A stretch of DNA of 38,270 nucleotides from a virus (Duplodnaviria > Heunggongvirae > Uroviricota > Caudoviricetes), in the IMG/VR virus record IMGVR_UViG_2609459790_000001, positions 1-38,270 of that record; one strand, 5' to 3'. Each line of letters starts with the position of its first letter. Position 1 is the stretch's first letter. The notes beneath the pieces are model-generated. The model saw nothing but the letters and a program-made list of their open reading frames with translations. It ran no database searches and was not told the origin of the DNA. The position numbers and the translations under genes are program-made. This document shows, piece after piece, positions 29,145-38,270 of this stretch.

Positions 29145-29837
29145 ATGTTATATGCATTTAAGCTGGGCAGAAAACTGCGCGGCGAGGAACCTTGGTGCCC
29201 TGAAAAAGGCGGGAAAGGTGGTAGCTCTGATAAAAGCGCAAAGTATGCAGCAGAAGCTCAGAAGTATGCCGCAGACCTGCAAAATCAGCAGTTCAACACC
29301 ATCATGAACAACCTGAAGCCGTTTACTCCTCTGGCTGAGAAGTATGTCGGCAGCCTCGAGAACTTATCGTCTCTGGAGGGGCAAGGTCAGGCACTTAACC
29401 AGTATTACAACTCTCAGCAGTACAAAGACCTTGCAGGTCAGGCTCGCTATCAGAGTCTGGCGGCAGCGGAAGCAACAGGTGGATTGGGTTCCACTGCAAC
29501 CAGTAATCAGTTAGCAACAATCGCACCAACGCTTGGTCAGCAATGGCTATCTGGACAAATGAACAATTACAACAACCTGGCAAATATCGGTCTTGGCGCT
29601 CTTCAGGGGCAGGCAAACGCCGGGCAAACATATGCCAACAACATGAGTCAGATTTCACAGCAAAGCGCGGCGCTGGCTGCGGCAAACGCCAACCGACCGT
29701 CAGCATTGCAGCAGGGGGTTAGTGGTGCTGCATCCGGTGCGCTTTTGGGTGGTGGCATAGCCAGTGCTCTCGAGCTATCAACTCCGTGGGGTGCTGGTAT
29801 CGGTGCTGGTCTTGGTCTGCTTGGCTCGTTGTTTTAA
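29145..29837 (+). CDS. 7: Ejection protein (P22 gp7-like)
   Basis: 230 aa, Gly/Ala/Gln-rich low-complexity protein in the gene 7 position. Confidence 0.82.
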   Translation: MLYAFKLGRKLRGEEPWCPEKGGKGGSSDKSAKYAAEAQKYAADLQNQQFNTIMNNLKPFTPLAEKYVGSLENLSSLEGQGQALNQYYNSQQYKDLAGQARYQSLAAAEATGGLGSTATSNQLATIAPTLGQQWLSGQMNNYNNLANIGLGALQGQANAGQTYANNMSQISQQSAALAAANANRPSALQQGVSGAASGALLGGGIASALELSTPWGAGIGAGLGLLGSLF

Positions 29838-29847
29838 GGGGTAATCA

Positions 29848-31212
29848 ATGGCTACGTGGCAACAGGGTATTAATTCTGGTGGTTTTCTGGCTGGCATCGG
29901 TACGCAAAATGAGAATGCGCCAAAGGCAAGCGACATTAACGCAACGCTTGGTCTGATCCGCGAAAACAATGAACTGGCTCGCTCAGGTGCAAATAACGTT
30001 GGTCTGACCGCGTTACGTGGTCTGGCTGGAGTTGCTGATATTTATAAGCAGGAACAGCAACAGAAAGCGATTAATGCGTTCAATAAGGTTCATGCTGATG
30101 CATGGGCTTCTGGTGATCCATCGGGACTATTTAAGTTTGCCAAGGAAAATCCAGCGTTTGTTGCGCAGGCACAACAGGCGTTTTCCGGTCTTAATGAGCA
30201 GCAACGCAACGATATGGGCGATTTAGCCATGAGGGCTAACGTCGCTCTTTCTCAGGGACCGGAAGCCTACAGTAAATTCATTACTGACAACAAGGACAGG
30301 TTAAATCGTGTGGGTGCGAATGCTGACTGGATGATTCAGACAGGTATCCAGAATCCAGAGCAGCTATCACACATGCTGACTACTATGTCTCTCGGTGCGC
30401 TTGGACCAGAAAAGGCGTTTGCTGTTCAGGACAAGATGGCTGGTCGTGAAATTGACCGAGGCAGACTGGCAGAGACAATCCGCAGCAATCAGGCTGGCGA
30501 GGCGCTAACAGCGCGTGGTCAGAATATCACGATGCGCGGTCAGGATTTATCGATGCAGAGAGCATCAATGAAAGGGTCGGTTGGGAATAATGAGCGTACA
30601 GTTCAGTTAGCAGATGGCAGAACTGTAACGGTAGGCGGGAAGCTTCACGGCGCTGGGGCTAATGCGTTCTACGAAGGTATCGACAACGAGGGGAATATGG
30701 TTCGCGTCCCTGCTGGCTCTATTGCCGCTCCGGCTACATCGGCAGCAAGCGCGCAGAATTACGCAATGAAGAAAGATCTTGATGCAATTTCTGGTGCATC
30801 AATTGACGATCTTGGCTTCATGACTGGCATTACAGGCTCTTCAGGTTCTCCTGCTCTTGGTGCAGATATTCGTAGCCGTGCATCTGGTGGTGATCAGAGG
30901 AAACTATACAACGCTGCACAGCGAATCCAAGGAAAGATGCAGAATCAGGGCATTGCAGCAGCCAGAGACATGGGGGCATCCGGTATCAACACCGTTGCAG
31001 AAGCAAAGATGTATTTTCAAGGTATGCCACAGGTTGATTTCTCAAGCCCTGAAGCACTGCAACAATCAATGCGCGACATTCAGCAATATACCGACAATTA
31101 CAACCAACAATATAACGTTAATGTTGGTAAATCTCAGCGGCAGCAATCTCAACCTACACAGGTATCACAGCCAGCAGCCAGCAGTAACTTTTCTTCACTA
31201 TGGGGTGATTAA
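29848..31212 (+). CDS. 20: Ejection protein (P22 gp20-like)
   Basis: 454 aa in the gene 20 position. Confidence 0.82.
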   Translation: MATWQQGINSGGFLAGIGTQNENAPKASDINATLGLIRENNELARSGANNVGLTALRGLAGVADIYKQEQQQKAINAFNKVHADAWASGDPSGLFKFAKENPAFVAQAQQAFSGLNEQQRNDMGDLAMRANVALSQGPEAYSKFITDNKDRLNRVGANADWMIQTGIQNPEQLSHMLTTMSLGALGPEKAFAVQDKMAGREIDRGRLAETIRSNQAGEALTARGQNITMRGQDLSMQRASMKGSVGNNERTVQLADGRTVTVGGKLHGAGANAFYEGIDNEGNMVRVPAGSIAAPATSAASAQNYAMKKDLDAISGASIDDLGFMTGITGSSGSPALGADIRSRASGGDQRKLYNAAQRIQGKMQNQGIAAARDMGASGINTVAEAKMYFQGMPQVDFSSPEALQQSMRDIQQYTDNYNQQYNVNVGKSQRQQSQPTQVSQPAASSNFSSLWGD

Positions 31213-33077
31213 TGGCTAAAGCATGGAAAGATGTTATCGCCTCTCCACAGTATCAGGCGTTAACTGAAGAACAGAAAGCACAGGCTCAAGCGCAATATTT
31301 TGATGAGGTTGTTGCCCCTAAGGCTGGTGACAAATGGGCTGAAGCAAGAGATCAGTTTTATGCAGCATACCCTCCGCCTCAGCAGCAGAAAGAAGAACCA
31401 TCATTGATGCAACAAGCTGGTGATTGGCTCACAGGTGGTCAAAGTGCAGGGCAAATTGCAGAGCAGGCTGGTCGTGGTCTGGTAAACATACCATTCGACG
31501 TATTACAGGGCGGCGCAAGCCTGATTAATGCAATCAGCCAGGGGCTTGGTGGCCCCAAGGTTTTGGATGATGTTTATCGTCCAGTCGATCGACCGACAGA
31601 CCCTTACGCGCAAGCTGGTGAAACAATTGGCGGGTATTTAGTTCCAGGAGTTGGAACGGCAGGAAGCATGGCTATTGGATCACTGGCAGAGGCCGCAAAT
31701 CAGAAAGGCGATTTCGCACAAAATGCAACTAAAAATGCCGGAGTTAACCTTGCCGCTCAGGGGGTTCTTTCCGCAGCAGCAAAGGGAATAGGGCGTGGAA
31801 TTACTGCTGTTCGTGGCGAAATATCACCAGCAGATCAGCAATTGCTCAAGCGTGCCGCTGCGGCAGATGTACCAGTTATGACATCGGATGTAGTTCCTCC
31901 AAAAACAAAACTTGGCAATCAACTGCAGGGTTACTCAGAAGGAGTCATAGCTGGGACTGGACCAATGAGAGCCGCACAGCAGGATGCTAGAACCAAGCTT
32001 GTTAATCGCTTCACCGAAAAATACGGCGACTACGATCCATCTGTAGTCGTTGATAGTCTAAAGTCAGGCGTTGCAAGGGAAAAATCGTTAGCCAAGTCAA
32101 AACTAAACAACCTGTCAGGAAGAATGGTTGGAAAGCCAGTTGATACAAGTGGCGCCATAAGAGCTATCGACGGAGCAGTAAACGAACTTGGGAAACTTAA
32201 AGGTGTTTCTGACACCCAGACCATTTCTGCGCTTAATGATTATAAGAATGCCATTCAGGAGATAACAAATGGAGATGATGCCTTTGAGTTACTTGATAAG
32301 CTGAGAACTCAGTTCCGCATTGACGTAAAAGGCGATCGTACAGTTCTGCCATCAATGTCGCAAACAATGGTCGACAGGGTCTACAACTCGCTAACCAATA
32401 GCCTTAGTAAATCTATAGCGAAAGGACTTAGCCCAAAAGATGCTTCAGCATGGAGAGCGGGAAAAGCTGATTATGCAAAAATGGCAACACATGCAACTCA
32501 AACGCGCCTTAAAAACGTTCTAAACAAAGGAGATTTAACTCCCGAGGCTGTAAATACCATTGTGTATGGACAATATGGGTCAGATATAGCTCGATTGTAC
32601 GGGAAACTCGATCAAAAAGGTAAAGACATGCTAAGGGCGGCATATATCAGCAAAATAGCTGACAAGGTAGGTGACAGCCCTCAGAAAATGATGACCGAGC
32701 TTGGCAAGCTGCAAAAACAAGCAAATGGTCAGGTGTTTAAAACTGTATTTGGTGGGAAGAACGGAAAAGAGATAGAGGGGATGTTATCTATTCTCGATGC
32801 TACCAAAAGAGCATCTGAGGCTAATGTTGTGACGAAGACTGGCATGACACTCGCGCCTTTGGTAAGGGTTATTGGTAACCTAAAAACCGGAGGCGCGCTA
32901 TTGGCTGGGGAAACAGGGATTGGCCTTATGTCGAGGGTTTATGAAAGCCCTATGGCCAGGAATGCGCTCTTACGTCTGGCAAACACCAAAGCAGGAACAC
33001 CAGCCTATGAAAGAGCGCTAAATAACGCTGCGAATGCCATCAGACCGCTGTTTGCCACTGAGGCAACACAGCAGTGA
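31212..33077 (+). CDS. 16: Ejection protein (P22 gp16-like)
   Basis: 621 aa in the gene 16 position, last gene of the rightward morphogenesis block. Confidence 0.82.
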   Translation: MAKAWKDVIASPQYQALTEEQKAQAQAQYFDEVVAPKAGDKWAEARDQFYAAYPPPQQQKEEPSLMQQAGDWLTGGQSAGQIAEQAGRGLVNIPFDVLQGGASLINAISQGLGGPKVLDDVYRPVDRPTDPYAQAGETIGGYLVPGVGTAGSMAIGSLAEAANQKGDFAQNATKNAGVNLAAQGVLSAAAKGIGRGITAVRGEISPADQQLLKRAAAADVPVMTSDVVPPKTKLGNQLQGYSEGVIAGTGPMRAAQQDARTKLVNRFTEKYGDYDPSVVVDSLKSGVAREKSLAKSKLNNLSGRMVGKPVDTSGAIRAIDGAVNELGKLKGVSDTQTISALNDYKNAIQEITNGDDAFELLDKLRTQFRIDVKGDRTVLPSMSQTMVDRVYNSLTNSLSKSIAKGLSPKDASAWRAGKADYAKMATHATQTRLKNVLNKGDLTPEAVNTIVYGQYGSDIARLYGKLDQKGKDMLRAAYISKIADKVGDSPQKMMTELGKLQKQANGQVFKTVFGGKNGKEIEGMLSILDATKRASEANVVTKTGMTLAPLVRVIGNLKTGGALLAGETGIGLMSRVYESPMARNALLRLANTKAGTPAYERALNNAANAIRPLFATEATQQ

Positions 33078-33094
33078 CTAAATGCCATGGATGG

Positions 33095-33307
33095 TTATTT
33101 CCCTAGCACATGAAACAATGTTTGCTTTAATTCCACCCATACAATTATGACCACTATAGACAGACAAAAGAAACTGAATGCATTGGCATCACGATCGAAA
33201 CCTTCTCCGGCACTAAATCCGTAAAAGGTCATAAAAAATATAAAAATTGCGCACTTTGCAACGTTTACAAATTTTTTCTTCACACCAACCTCCTTAGTTT
33301 TGAGCAT
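33095..33307 (-). CDS. Hypothetical small membrane protein (weak call)
   Basis: 70 aa ORF with two hydrophobic segments; no clear ribosome-binding site. Confidence 0.3.
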   Translation of the reverse strand: MLKTKEVGVKKKFVNVAKCAIFIFFMTFYGFSAGEGFDRDANAFSFFCLSIVVIIVWVELKQTLFHVLGK

Positions 33308-33336
33308 GACGAAATTAACCAGCCATCAGGCTGGTA

Positions 33337-33519
33337 TTAGTCACATTCTATTTCTTTTGTCGAGGTCCATACATAAGGGTCTGAGCAAACAACCTCACCA
33401 TTTATCATGACGTCATAGCCCATTAGATATGAGTTACCACCAACAATCTGAGCGGCTATGACGCTAATGCTGGCGGCGCAGGCTGCACCAAAAACGAAAC
33501 CAATTAATATATTTTTCAT
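33337..33519 (-). CDS. Hypothetical small exported/membrane protein
   Basis: 60 aa ORF with N-terminal hydrophobic signal-like segment [23 protein letters not shown] and two Cys. Confidence 0.45.
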   Translation of the reverse strand: MKNILIGFVFGAACAASISVIAAQIVGGNSYLMGYDVMINGEVVCSDPYVWTSTKEIECD

Positions 33520-33541
33520 TTTAATTCCAAATAGTTATAGG

Positions 33542-33736
33542 ATGAAAGTTATGACCATAGAAGAACGTCTGAACAACATTGAGTTAAACCAAACCCTGCT
33601 TGACCAGCGCCTTTCAGATCTTGAGCTTAAAGATCTTGATGCGCAAATATCAGAAGCAGAAGCCAAGCTCTCCAGCTTAAACCACCGTAAGAAGCAAATC
33701 CGCAATAGAATTACTCAGGGACGCGGAAGTTGTTGA
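33542..33736 (+). CDS. Hypothetical small coiled-coil protein
   Basis: 64 aa from the ATG at 33542 (MKVMTIEERLNNIELNQTLLDQRLSDLELKDLDAQISEAEAKL...). Confidence 0.45.
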   Translation: MKVMTIEERLNNIELNQTLLDQRLSDLELKDLDAQISEAEAKLSSLNHRKKQIRNRITQGRGSC

Positions 33737-33745
33737 AATCATAGT

Positions 33746-34063
33746 CTATTTTTTCTCAGAGCTCATATTGTAATAGGTGGTATAAATAGAGATTGATTTC
33801 TGACATGCTTCAAGAAATTGCTGCGGAGTCATCCCAAGCCTTGCTTGCTCTGTAGTAAGGAATCTCTGTAAGAATTCATTCCCACCCGGCATGTTTGTAG
33901 ATTCTTGGAATATTGCCATTTGTTTGATTGCACCACACATACCAGCCATTTTCGAAGCTATCATGAGGCCTTGTATTTCATCAAAACTGCTATCGTCTGA
34001 TTTTGTTTCTGCGTTAGCTATGCTCGAGAGACACAGGAGCAATAGGATAGCGATACGTTTCAT
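33746..34063 (-). CDS. Hypothetical secreted protein co-transcribed downstream of mnt
   Basis: 105 aa with classical signal peptide MKRIAILLLLCLSSIANA; start overlaps the mnt stop (ATGA). Confidence 0.65.
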   Translation of the reverse strand: MKRIAILLLLCLSSIANAETKSDDSSFDEIQGLMIASKMAGMCGAIKQMAIFQESTNMPGGNEFLQRFLTTEQARLGMTPQQFLEACQKSISIYTTYYNMSSEKK

Positions 34064-34311
34064 TTTTCACCATTGCCATGCATACATTTTAACTTCTCAA
34101 CATCATGCTCAAGCTCTATCAGTCGCGATGCTATAGTTGCAAGATCTAGTGCTTGAATGTGTTTGTTTTTTTCGGTCCATGCTTCAAGTGCTGCGACCAT
34201 CTCAGCATTTAATGAACGAGAATTAGCCTCAGCCAGTTCAATAAGACGTTCCTTTATCTCTACAGGAAGCCTCAGATTCACTTGAGGGTTTTTGTACTTA
34301 CGATCAGACAT
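34060..34311 (-). CDS. mnt: Mnt-like ribbon-helix-helix repressor (immI region)
   Basis: 83 aa, same length as P22 Mnt, N-terminal RHH motif VNLRLPVEIKERLIELAEANSRSLNAEMVAALE; divergent from arc-ant. Confidence 0.8.
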   Translation of the reverse strand: MSDRKYKNPQVNLRLPVEIKERLIELAEANSRSLNAEMVAALEAWTEKNKHIQALDLATIASRLIELEHDVEKLKCMHGNGEK

Positions 34312-34340
34312 CGGCGCATCCTGAATAATTTTTTACCACA

Positions 34341-34404
34341 GGATATGTAGGTATCTATTGACTATCAATGCGTACCTAAATACTATGTATGCGTACCACA
34401 TACA
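34341..34404. promoter_or_regulatory. immI control region: Pant promoter with Arc/Mnt-type operators
   Basis: TTGACT (34358..34363), 17-nt spacer, TACTAT (34381..34386); palindromes AGGTA...TACCT around the -35 and TGTATG...CATACA over the -10/+1. Confidence 0.6.
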
Positions 34405-34415
34405 AAGGAGCAAAA

Positions 34416-34562
34416 ATGAAAGTTAAGACATTAAGGATGCCAGAATGGCTGGAAAAGGCTTTGGAGCAGTCCGCGAAAAAGGATGATCGGTCGTTCAGTA
34501 ATGAGGTATTGAGGAGACTAAAGGAGTCAGTAGCTAAGGATGGAATTGTTTGTCCAGAATGA
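34416..34562 (+). CDS. arc: Arc-like ribbon-helix-helix repressor
   Basis: 48 aa ORF not in the track (MKVKTLRMPEWLEKALEQSAKKDDRSFSNEVLRRLKESVAKDGIVCPE) with AAGGAG ribosome-binding site, between mnt and ant. Confidence 0.7.
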   Translation: MKVKTLRMPEWLEKALEQSAKKDDRSFSNEVLRRLKESVAKDGIVCPE

Positions 34563-34628
34563 GTAAAGCCCAAGCTATTGCGAGTAGCTCGGGCTTAAAT
34601 CGCCAGTAAATTTTGAGGAAAAACTGAC

Positions 34629-35558
34629 ATGAAAAGTATAGCAACAGCAGTATCTACTATCAACGTGCCATTCCACGGCGAAGAGCTTTATGTCGTCAAT
34701 CACAACGGTGAGCCGTACACCCCAATGAAACCTATCGTTGAAGGTATGGGTATGGATTGGGCTTCACAGTTTACGAAAATAAAGCAACGGTTTAAAACCT
34801 CCATTGTGAAAATCACAATGCAGCTTCCTGGTGATGAACAGTGCCGTGAGATTATTTGTTTGGCACTTCGCAAACTTGCTGGCTGGCTGCAAACCATCAG
34901 CCCTAACAAAGTCCGCCCTGAAATCCGCGACAAGGTAATCCAGTATCAGGAAGAGTGTGACGATGTGCTCTACGAGTACTGGACTAAAGGCCATGTAGTT
35001 AACCCACGCAAAGCTAAAAAGGCGTTGCTGGGTAAAATCACCACTGAACAGCAGGAAGCCATTAAACAACTCGTCATGAGTCGCGGTCAGTCTCTGCCAA
35101 AAGAAAAACAGGCGAAGGCGATGATCACCATGTGGTCGTCACTGAAATCCCATTTTGGATGTTCGTACAAAGAAATCAGTGAGGAGCAGTTTACCGAAGC
35201 ACTGTCACTTGCAGCTCGAGTTCCACTTGAAGGTGAGTTCATTGGCAAACAAGAGAAGAAGACCAACGATCTTTCTGCAAAAGAAGCAAACAGTCTTGTA
35301 TGGTTATGGGATTATGCCAACCGCTCACAGGCATTATTCCGCGAACTGTATCCGGCGCTAAAACAAATTCAATCGAACTATTCCGGCAGATGCTACGACT
35401 ACGGTCATGAGTTCTCGTATGTTGTCGGAATGGCGAGAGACGTTTTAATCAATCACACACGAGATGTTGATATTAATGAGCCAGACGGACCAACGAATCT
35501 TTCCGCATGGATGAGACTTAAGAATAAAGAATTACCTCCTTCAGTACATAACTACTGA
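34629..35558 (+). CDS. ant: Antirepressor Ant
   Basis: 309 aa ORF in the position of P22 ant (300 aa) immediately downstream of arc; called from gene order and size, not from recalled sequence identity. Confidence 0.88.
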   Translation: MKSIATAVSTINVPFHGEELYVVNHNGEPYTPMKPIVEGMGMDWASQFTKIKQRFKTSIVKITMQLPGDEQCREIICLALRKLAGWLQTISPNKVRPEIRDKVIQYQEECDDVLYEYWTKGHVVNPRKAKKALLGKITTEQQEAIKQLVMSRGQSLPKEKQAKAMITMWSSLKSHFGCSYKEISEEQFTEALSLAARVPLEGEFIGKQEKKTNDLSAKEANSLVWLWDYANRSQALFRELYPALKQIQSNYSGRCYDYGHEFSYVVGMARDVLINHTRDVDINEPDGPTNLSAWMRLKNKELPPSVHNY

Positions 35559-35574
35559 CAGATAACCAACGCAA

Positions 35575-35600
35575 CGACCCAGCTTCGGCTGGGTTTTTTT
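35575..35600 (+). terminator. Intrinsic terminator after ant
   Basis: CCCAGC-TTCG-GCTGGG followed by TTTTTTT. Confidence 0.75.
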
Positions 35601-35658
35601 ATGCCCAAAATTCACCGTAGCAACGCTGCGGCGATTCCTTGCATCTGGAGCAAATTAA

Positions 35659-37725
35659 ATGACAGACATTACAGCCAATGTGATTGTATCGATGCCTTCG
35701 CAACTCTTCACTATGGCGCGTTCTTTTAAAGCCGTAGCCAATGGCAAAATTTATATCGGTAAAATTGACACTGACCCGGTAAATCCTGAAAACCAGATTC
35801 AGGTTTATGTAGAGAGTGAAGATGGTTCTCACGTTCCTGTTTCGCAACCAATCATCATTAACGCTGCTGGTTACCCTGTATATAACGGACAGATTGCCAA
35901 ATTCGTTACCGTGCAAGGCCATTCTCTGGCTGTTTATGATGCGTATGGTGCTCAGCAGTTCTATTTTCCTAATGTGCTTAAGTATGACCCTGACCAGCTA
36001 AGACAGAAGTTAGATGGTGTTGGTGGGGTTAATTTAGTAAATGGGGCATTACATGGTGCCATGGATTCAGATCCAAATGTTGGTTTTAAAATCACCACAT
36101 CCTCAGGTGAGATTTACGAATATGCTCCGGGAATTACAGGTCTTGCCGATGGGTTTTCGGTATCAGCATCACAGTTATATTTAACAAGGAATGGCCTATC
36201 TTATAAATACTCTTCACCTCATAACACACTGGTTTGGCCATCTCAGTATATCGATACGAGTGCTGATGCGAAATATTCAATTGAATCTATTATGGCGCAC
36301 GGATTGAATGTGGACCTTAACGGAACTACAGTAAAAGCCAGCACCATTAATATTACGAAAGATTTGATTAATGGTGAAATTGTTGCTATCGGAGATGAAG
36401 GATCATTTATAACAGTAAACTCATGCATGCTTAACAATATTAAAGTTAACTGCAATATGATGGCAATTAGAAGGCCTGTTCATATCAAAACAGGGGCTGT
36501 TAATCCAGTAGTTAAGAATGTTGATGTTTTTGATAGTAATGGTTCTCAACTAACTTATGGTATTTTCATAGATGCAAATTCTGTATTGAATTTTGTCGTT
36601 GATAACATATCAATACATAATATTACCACCATTGGAAATGGTATTCAGATTGATGTAATTGGGCCATGTCGAGGGGTTATTGTAGGAACGGCACTTGATC
36701 CAGTACCATCAAATGATGATGAGGTATCAAGTGGAGTTATAAGTAACGTAAGGGTTTACAAGCTAAACCCTTGGGAAGATGCTGATGGTGTTGTTATTCA
36801 GATTTACAACTCATCATCAAATATGCTCAGCGGGAAGAAAATAAAGGTTGATGGCGTTTATACTTACAATGCACTTAAGCGAGCAGTTAAAGTTCAGGCC
36901 AATGATGTTACAGTAACAAATGTATTTGCGGTTTGTGATGACGCCTCAGCAACTAACCCTATGTATAGTTGTGTTAGTGTTTATGGTAGTTCCTGTGTTG
37001 TTCGTGGTGTTAGTGGGCGAGGAAGGATTGGCAATGGTGTTGATTCATCTGATGGGTTCAATACTATCAGTGATGTTTATCTTAAGACGACAGCAACCTA
37101 TGAGCTAAGCGCAGGTCTACAGATAACTTCCGGGCAGGTAAACGCGAATAACATTCACTCTGAAGGATCAAGATACATAGTCGCAATTCGGGCAGTTAAT
37201 AACACAACACCGTATGTAAATATTAATGGCATATATGGGCAAGGTTATGACGGGGCGATTTTGTTAGAAATCAGATACGGATTTAATATTGGTAATGTTT
37301 ACTTAAGTGATATTTCAGTATCAAGTTCAAATCCCACAAGGTCTTCATTCTTCTTTGATATATTATCAGGTGGAATGATATCTCTTATCAGCGTGTCAGA
37401 CGTCAAGAGAATCAGTCAGGCATATAACGGACCAGATATAAACATTTCTGGTGGGGTTAAAAAAGCTATTGTTAAAAATTCAGTTTTTGAGAGTGGTTCG
37501 TCAAGCATTGGTGTATCAATGGCAACTGGTACTTTAGTTGCATCAAATATATCAGCACAAAGTAAATCTTATGCTGTCAGCGCTACACAAACCACAAATT
37601 CACTTATAAATAACATTGATGGAATCGTTAGGGTTGATAGCACAACCAACAGTAATGTCGGCCTTTACAGAGGGATTACCCCTGTTGGGACTAACACAGG
37701 ACTGAAAACTGTTTTCTATATATAA
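35659..37725 (+). CDS. 9: Tailspike protein: HK620/P22-type N-terminal head-binding domain fused to a divergent beta-helix receptor-binding domain
   Basis: N-terminal ~115 aa ([52 protein letters not shown]...NVLKYDPDQ) matches remembered HK620/P22 tailspike; the remainder is AT-rich and differs from both. Confidence 0.92.
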   Translation: MTDITANVIVSMPSQLFTMARSFKAVANGKIYIGKIDTDPVNPENQIQVYVESEDGSHVPVSQPIIINAAGYPVYNGQIAKFVTVQGHSLAVYDAYGAQQFYFPNVLKYDPDQLRQKLDGVGGVNLVNGALHGAMDSDPNVGFKITTSSGEIYEYAPGITGLADGFSVSASQLYLTRNGLSYKYSSPHNTLVWPSQYIDTSADAKYSIESIMAHGLNVDLNGTTVKASTINITKDLINGEIVAIGDEGSFITVNSCMLNNIKVNCNMMAIRRPVHIKTGAVNPVVKNVDVFDSNGSQLTYGIFIDANSVLNFVVDNISIHNITTIGNGIQIDVIGPCRGVIVGTALDPVPSNDDEVSSGVISNVRVYKLNPWEDADGVVIQIYNSSSNMLSGKKIKVDGVYTYNALKRAVKVQANDVTVTNVFAVCDDASATNPMYSCVSVYGSSCVVRGVSGRGRIGNGVDSSDGFNTISDVYLKTTATYELSAGLQITSGQVNANNIHSEGSRYIVAIRAVNNTTPYVNINGIYGQGYDGAILLEIRYGFNIGNVYLSDISVSSSNPTRSSFFFDILSGGMISLISVSDVKRISQAYNGPDINISGGVKKAIVKNSVFESGSSSIGVSMATGTLVASNISAQSKSYAVSATQTTNSLINNIDGIVRVDSTTNSNVGLYRGITPVGTNTGLKTVFYI

Positions 37726-37921
37726 TTATATATAACCTTTTGATGTTTTATATGATGTTATCTTGGCAGGGACGCCAGCAATAGTGCAATTTCCATCTTT
37801 AAAATCTTTGTTAACGACTGCATTCGCGCCTATTGCACAATTGTCACCTATAACTATCTTCCCGTAAATTTTTGCTCCAGGACCAATGTAGCAATTATCA
37901 CCAATTACAGGGGATTCAAGT
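37726..37921 (-). pseudogene. 3' fragment of a hexapeptide-repeat acetyltransferase gene, truncated at a junction with IS3
   Basis: Minus-strand frame reads ...[64 protein letters not shown]-stop (left-handed beta-helix acetyltransferase C-terminus); the reading frame ends at the IS3 junction with no start. Confidence 0.6.
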
Positions 37922-38234
37922 CCTGCTCCAACAGATTTTCTGACACAGGCAGGCCGTGTGCGCGGTAGCTGACCGGGCTGAACTTCCGGGAGGCCTTTGC
38001 CCTCAGTCCCTGACGGCGCAGGCTTGCCGCCACGGTTTTTACGTTAAAGGGGTAACCCTGAGCACGCAGTTCATCCGTCAGGCGTGGGGCACCGTAACGC
38101 TGTTTTGACCGGGTAAAAGCCGCGAGGACAACGCTGTCGCAGTGTTGGCGGAACTGCTGACGCGTGCTTATCCTTGTCCGCCGCTGACACCACGTATACC
38201 AGCCGCTGCGGGCCACCCGGAGCACGCGGCACAT
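37922..38234 (-). pseudogene. insF: IS3 transposase orfB (InsF) N-terminal fragment
   Basis: First ~104 codons of IS3 orfB in frame, then divergence and a stop at the junction (track ORF 37905..38234 reads through the junction for 5 unrelated codons). Confidence 0.85.
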
Positions 38235-38270
38235 TGCTTTGATGCTGAACTCAGCCTGATGTTTTTCAAT
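37922..38270 (-). mobile_element. Partial IS3 (internal segment, reverse orientation), truncated at 37922 and running off the window end
   Basis: Reverse complement matches remembered IS3 sequence from within the orfA/orfB overlap through the N-terminal part of orfB (InsF: [67 protein letters not shown]...); homology stops abruptly after codons LLEQD. Confidence 0.85.

Noticed and set aside
33095-33307. Confident gene call for the 70-aa minus-strand ORF after gene 16
   Set aside because: No ribosome-binding site at either candidate start and an odd composition; kept only as a low-confidence feature.
37740-37921. Serotype-converting O-antigen acetylase of the Sf6 Oac type
   Set aside because: The fragment is a soluble hexapeptide-repeat acetyltransferase type, not a membrane acyltransferase-3 protein, so any link to O-antigen modification stays speculative.

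Overview
This window is a nearly complete lambdoid prophage with a strongly mosaic genome, starting at a lambda-type attachment core with its arm (attL) and ending in a truncated IS3. All protein identifications come from reading the supplied translations against remembered phage protein families; no database search was run. Left to right: lambda-type int and xis; a leftward early operon (ea8.5, ea22-like, several unknown small genes, a RecT-family recombinase with a Gp157-like partner, kil- and cIII-like small ORFs, and an HNH endonuclease as the first gene after PL); an immunity region (cI with S24 autopeptidase, cro, cII) whose operators are not lambda-type; an O/DnaB-type replication module with ori iterons inside O; a lambda-like nin region (ninB, D, E, G, H, I) interrupted by a second HNH endonuclease; a non-lambda-type Q with PR' and tR'; lambda-type lysis genes S, R, Rz and Rz1; a P22-type morphogenesis block (3, 2, 1, 8, 5, 4, 10, 26, 14, 7, 20, 16) with a third HNH endonuclease antisense between scaffold and coat; a P22-type immI region (mnt, arc, ant); and a tailspike with an HK620/P22-type head-binding N-terminus and a divergent receptor-binding domain. 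The most interesting candidates are: (1) no N gene, with related GC-rich elements downstream of both PL and PR that may be HK022-type put antiterminator RNAs; (2) three paralogous HNH/AP2 homing-endonuclease genes at three module boundaries; (3) a DUF2829 (Tad2-like, possible anti-Thoeris sponge) gene between lysis and terminase; (4) unknown small secreted and membrane genes where P22 carries sieA. I cannot confirm from sequence alone that any of these is a previously undescribed system.
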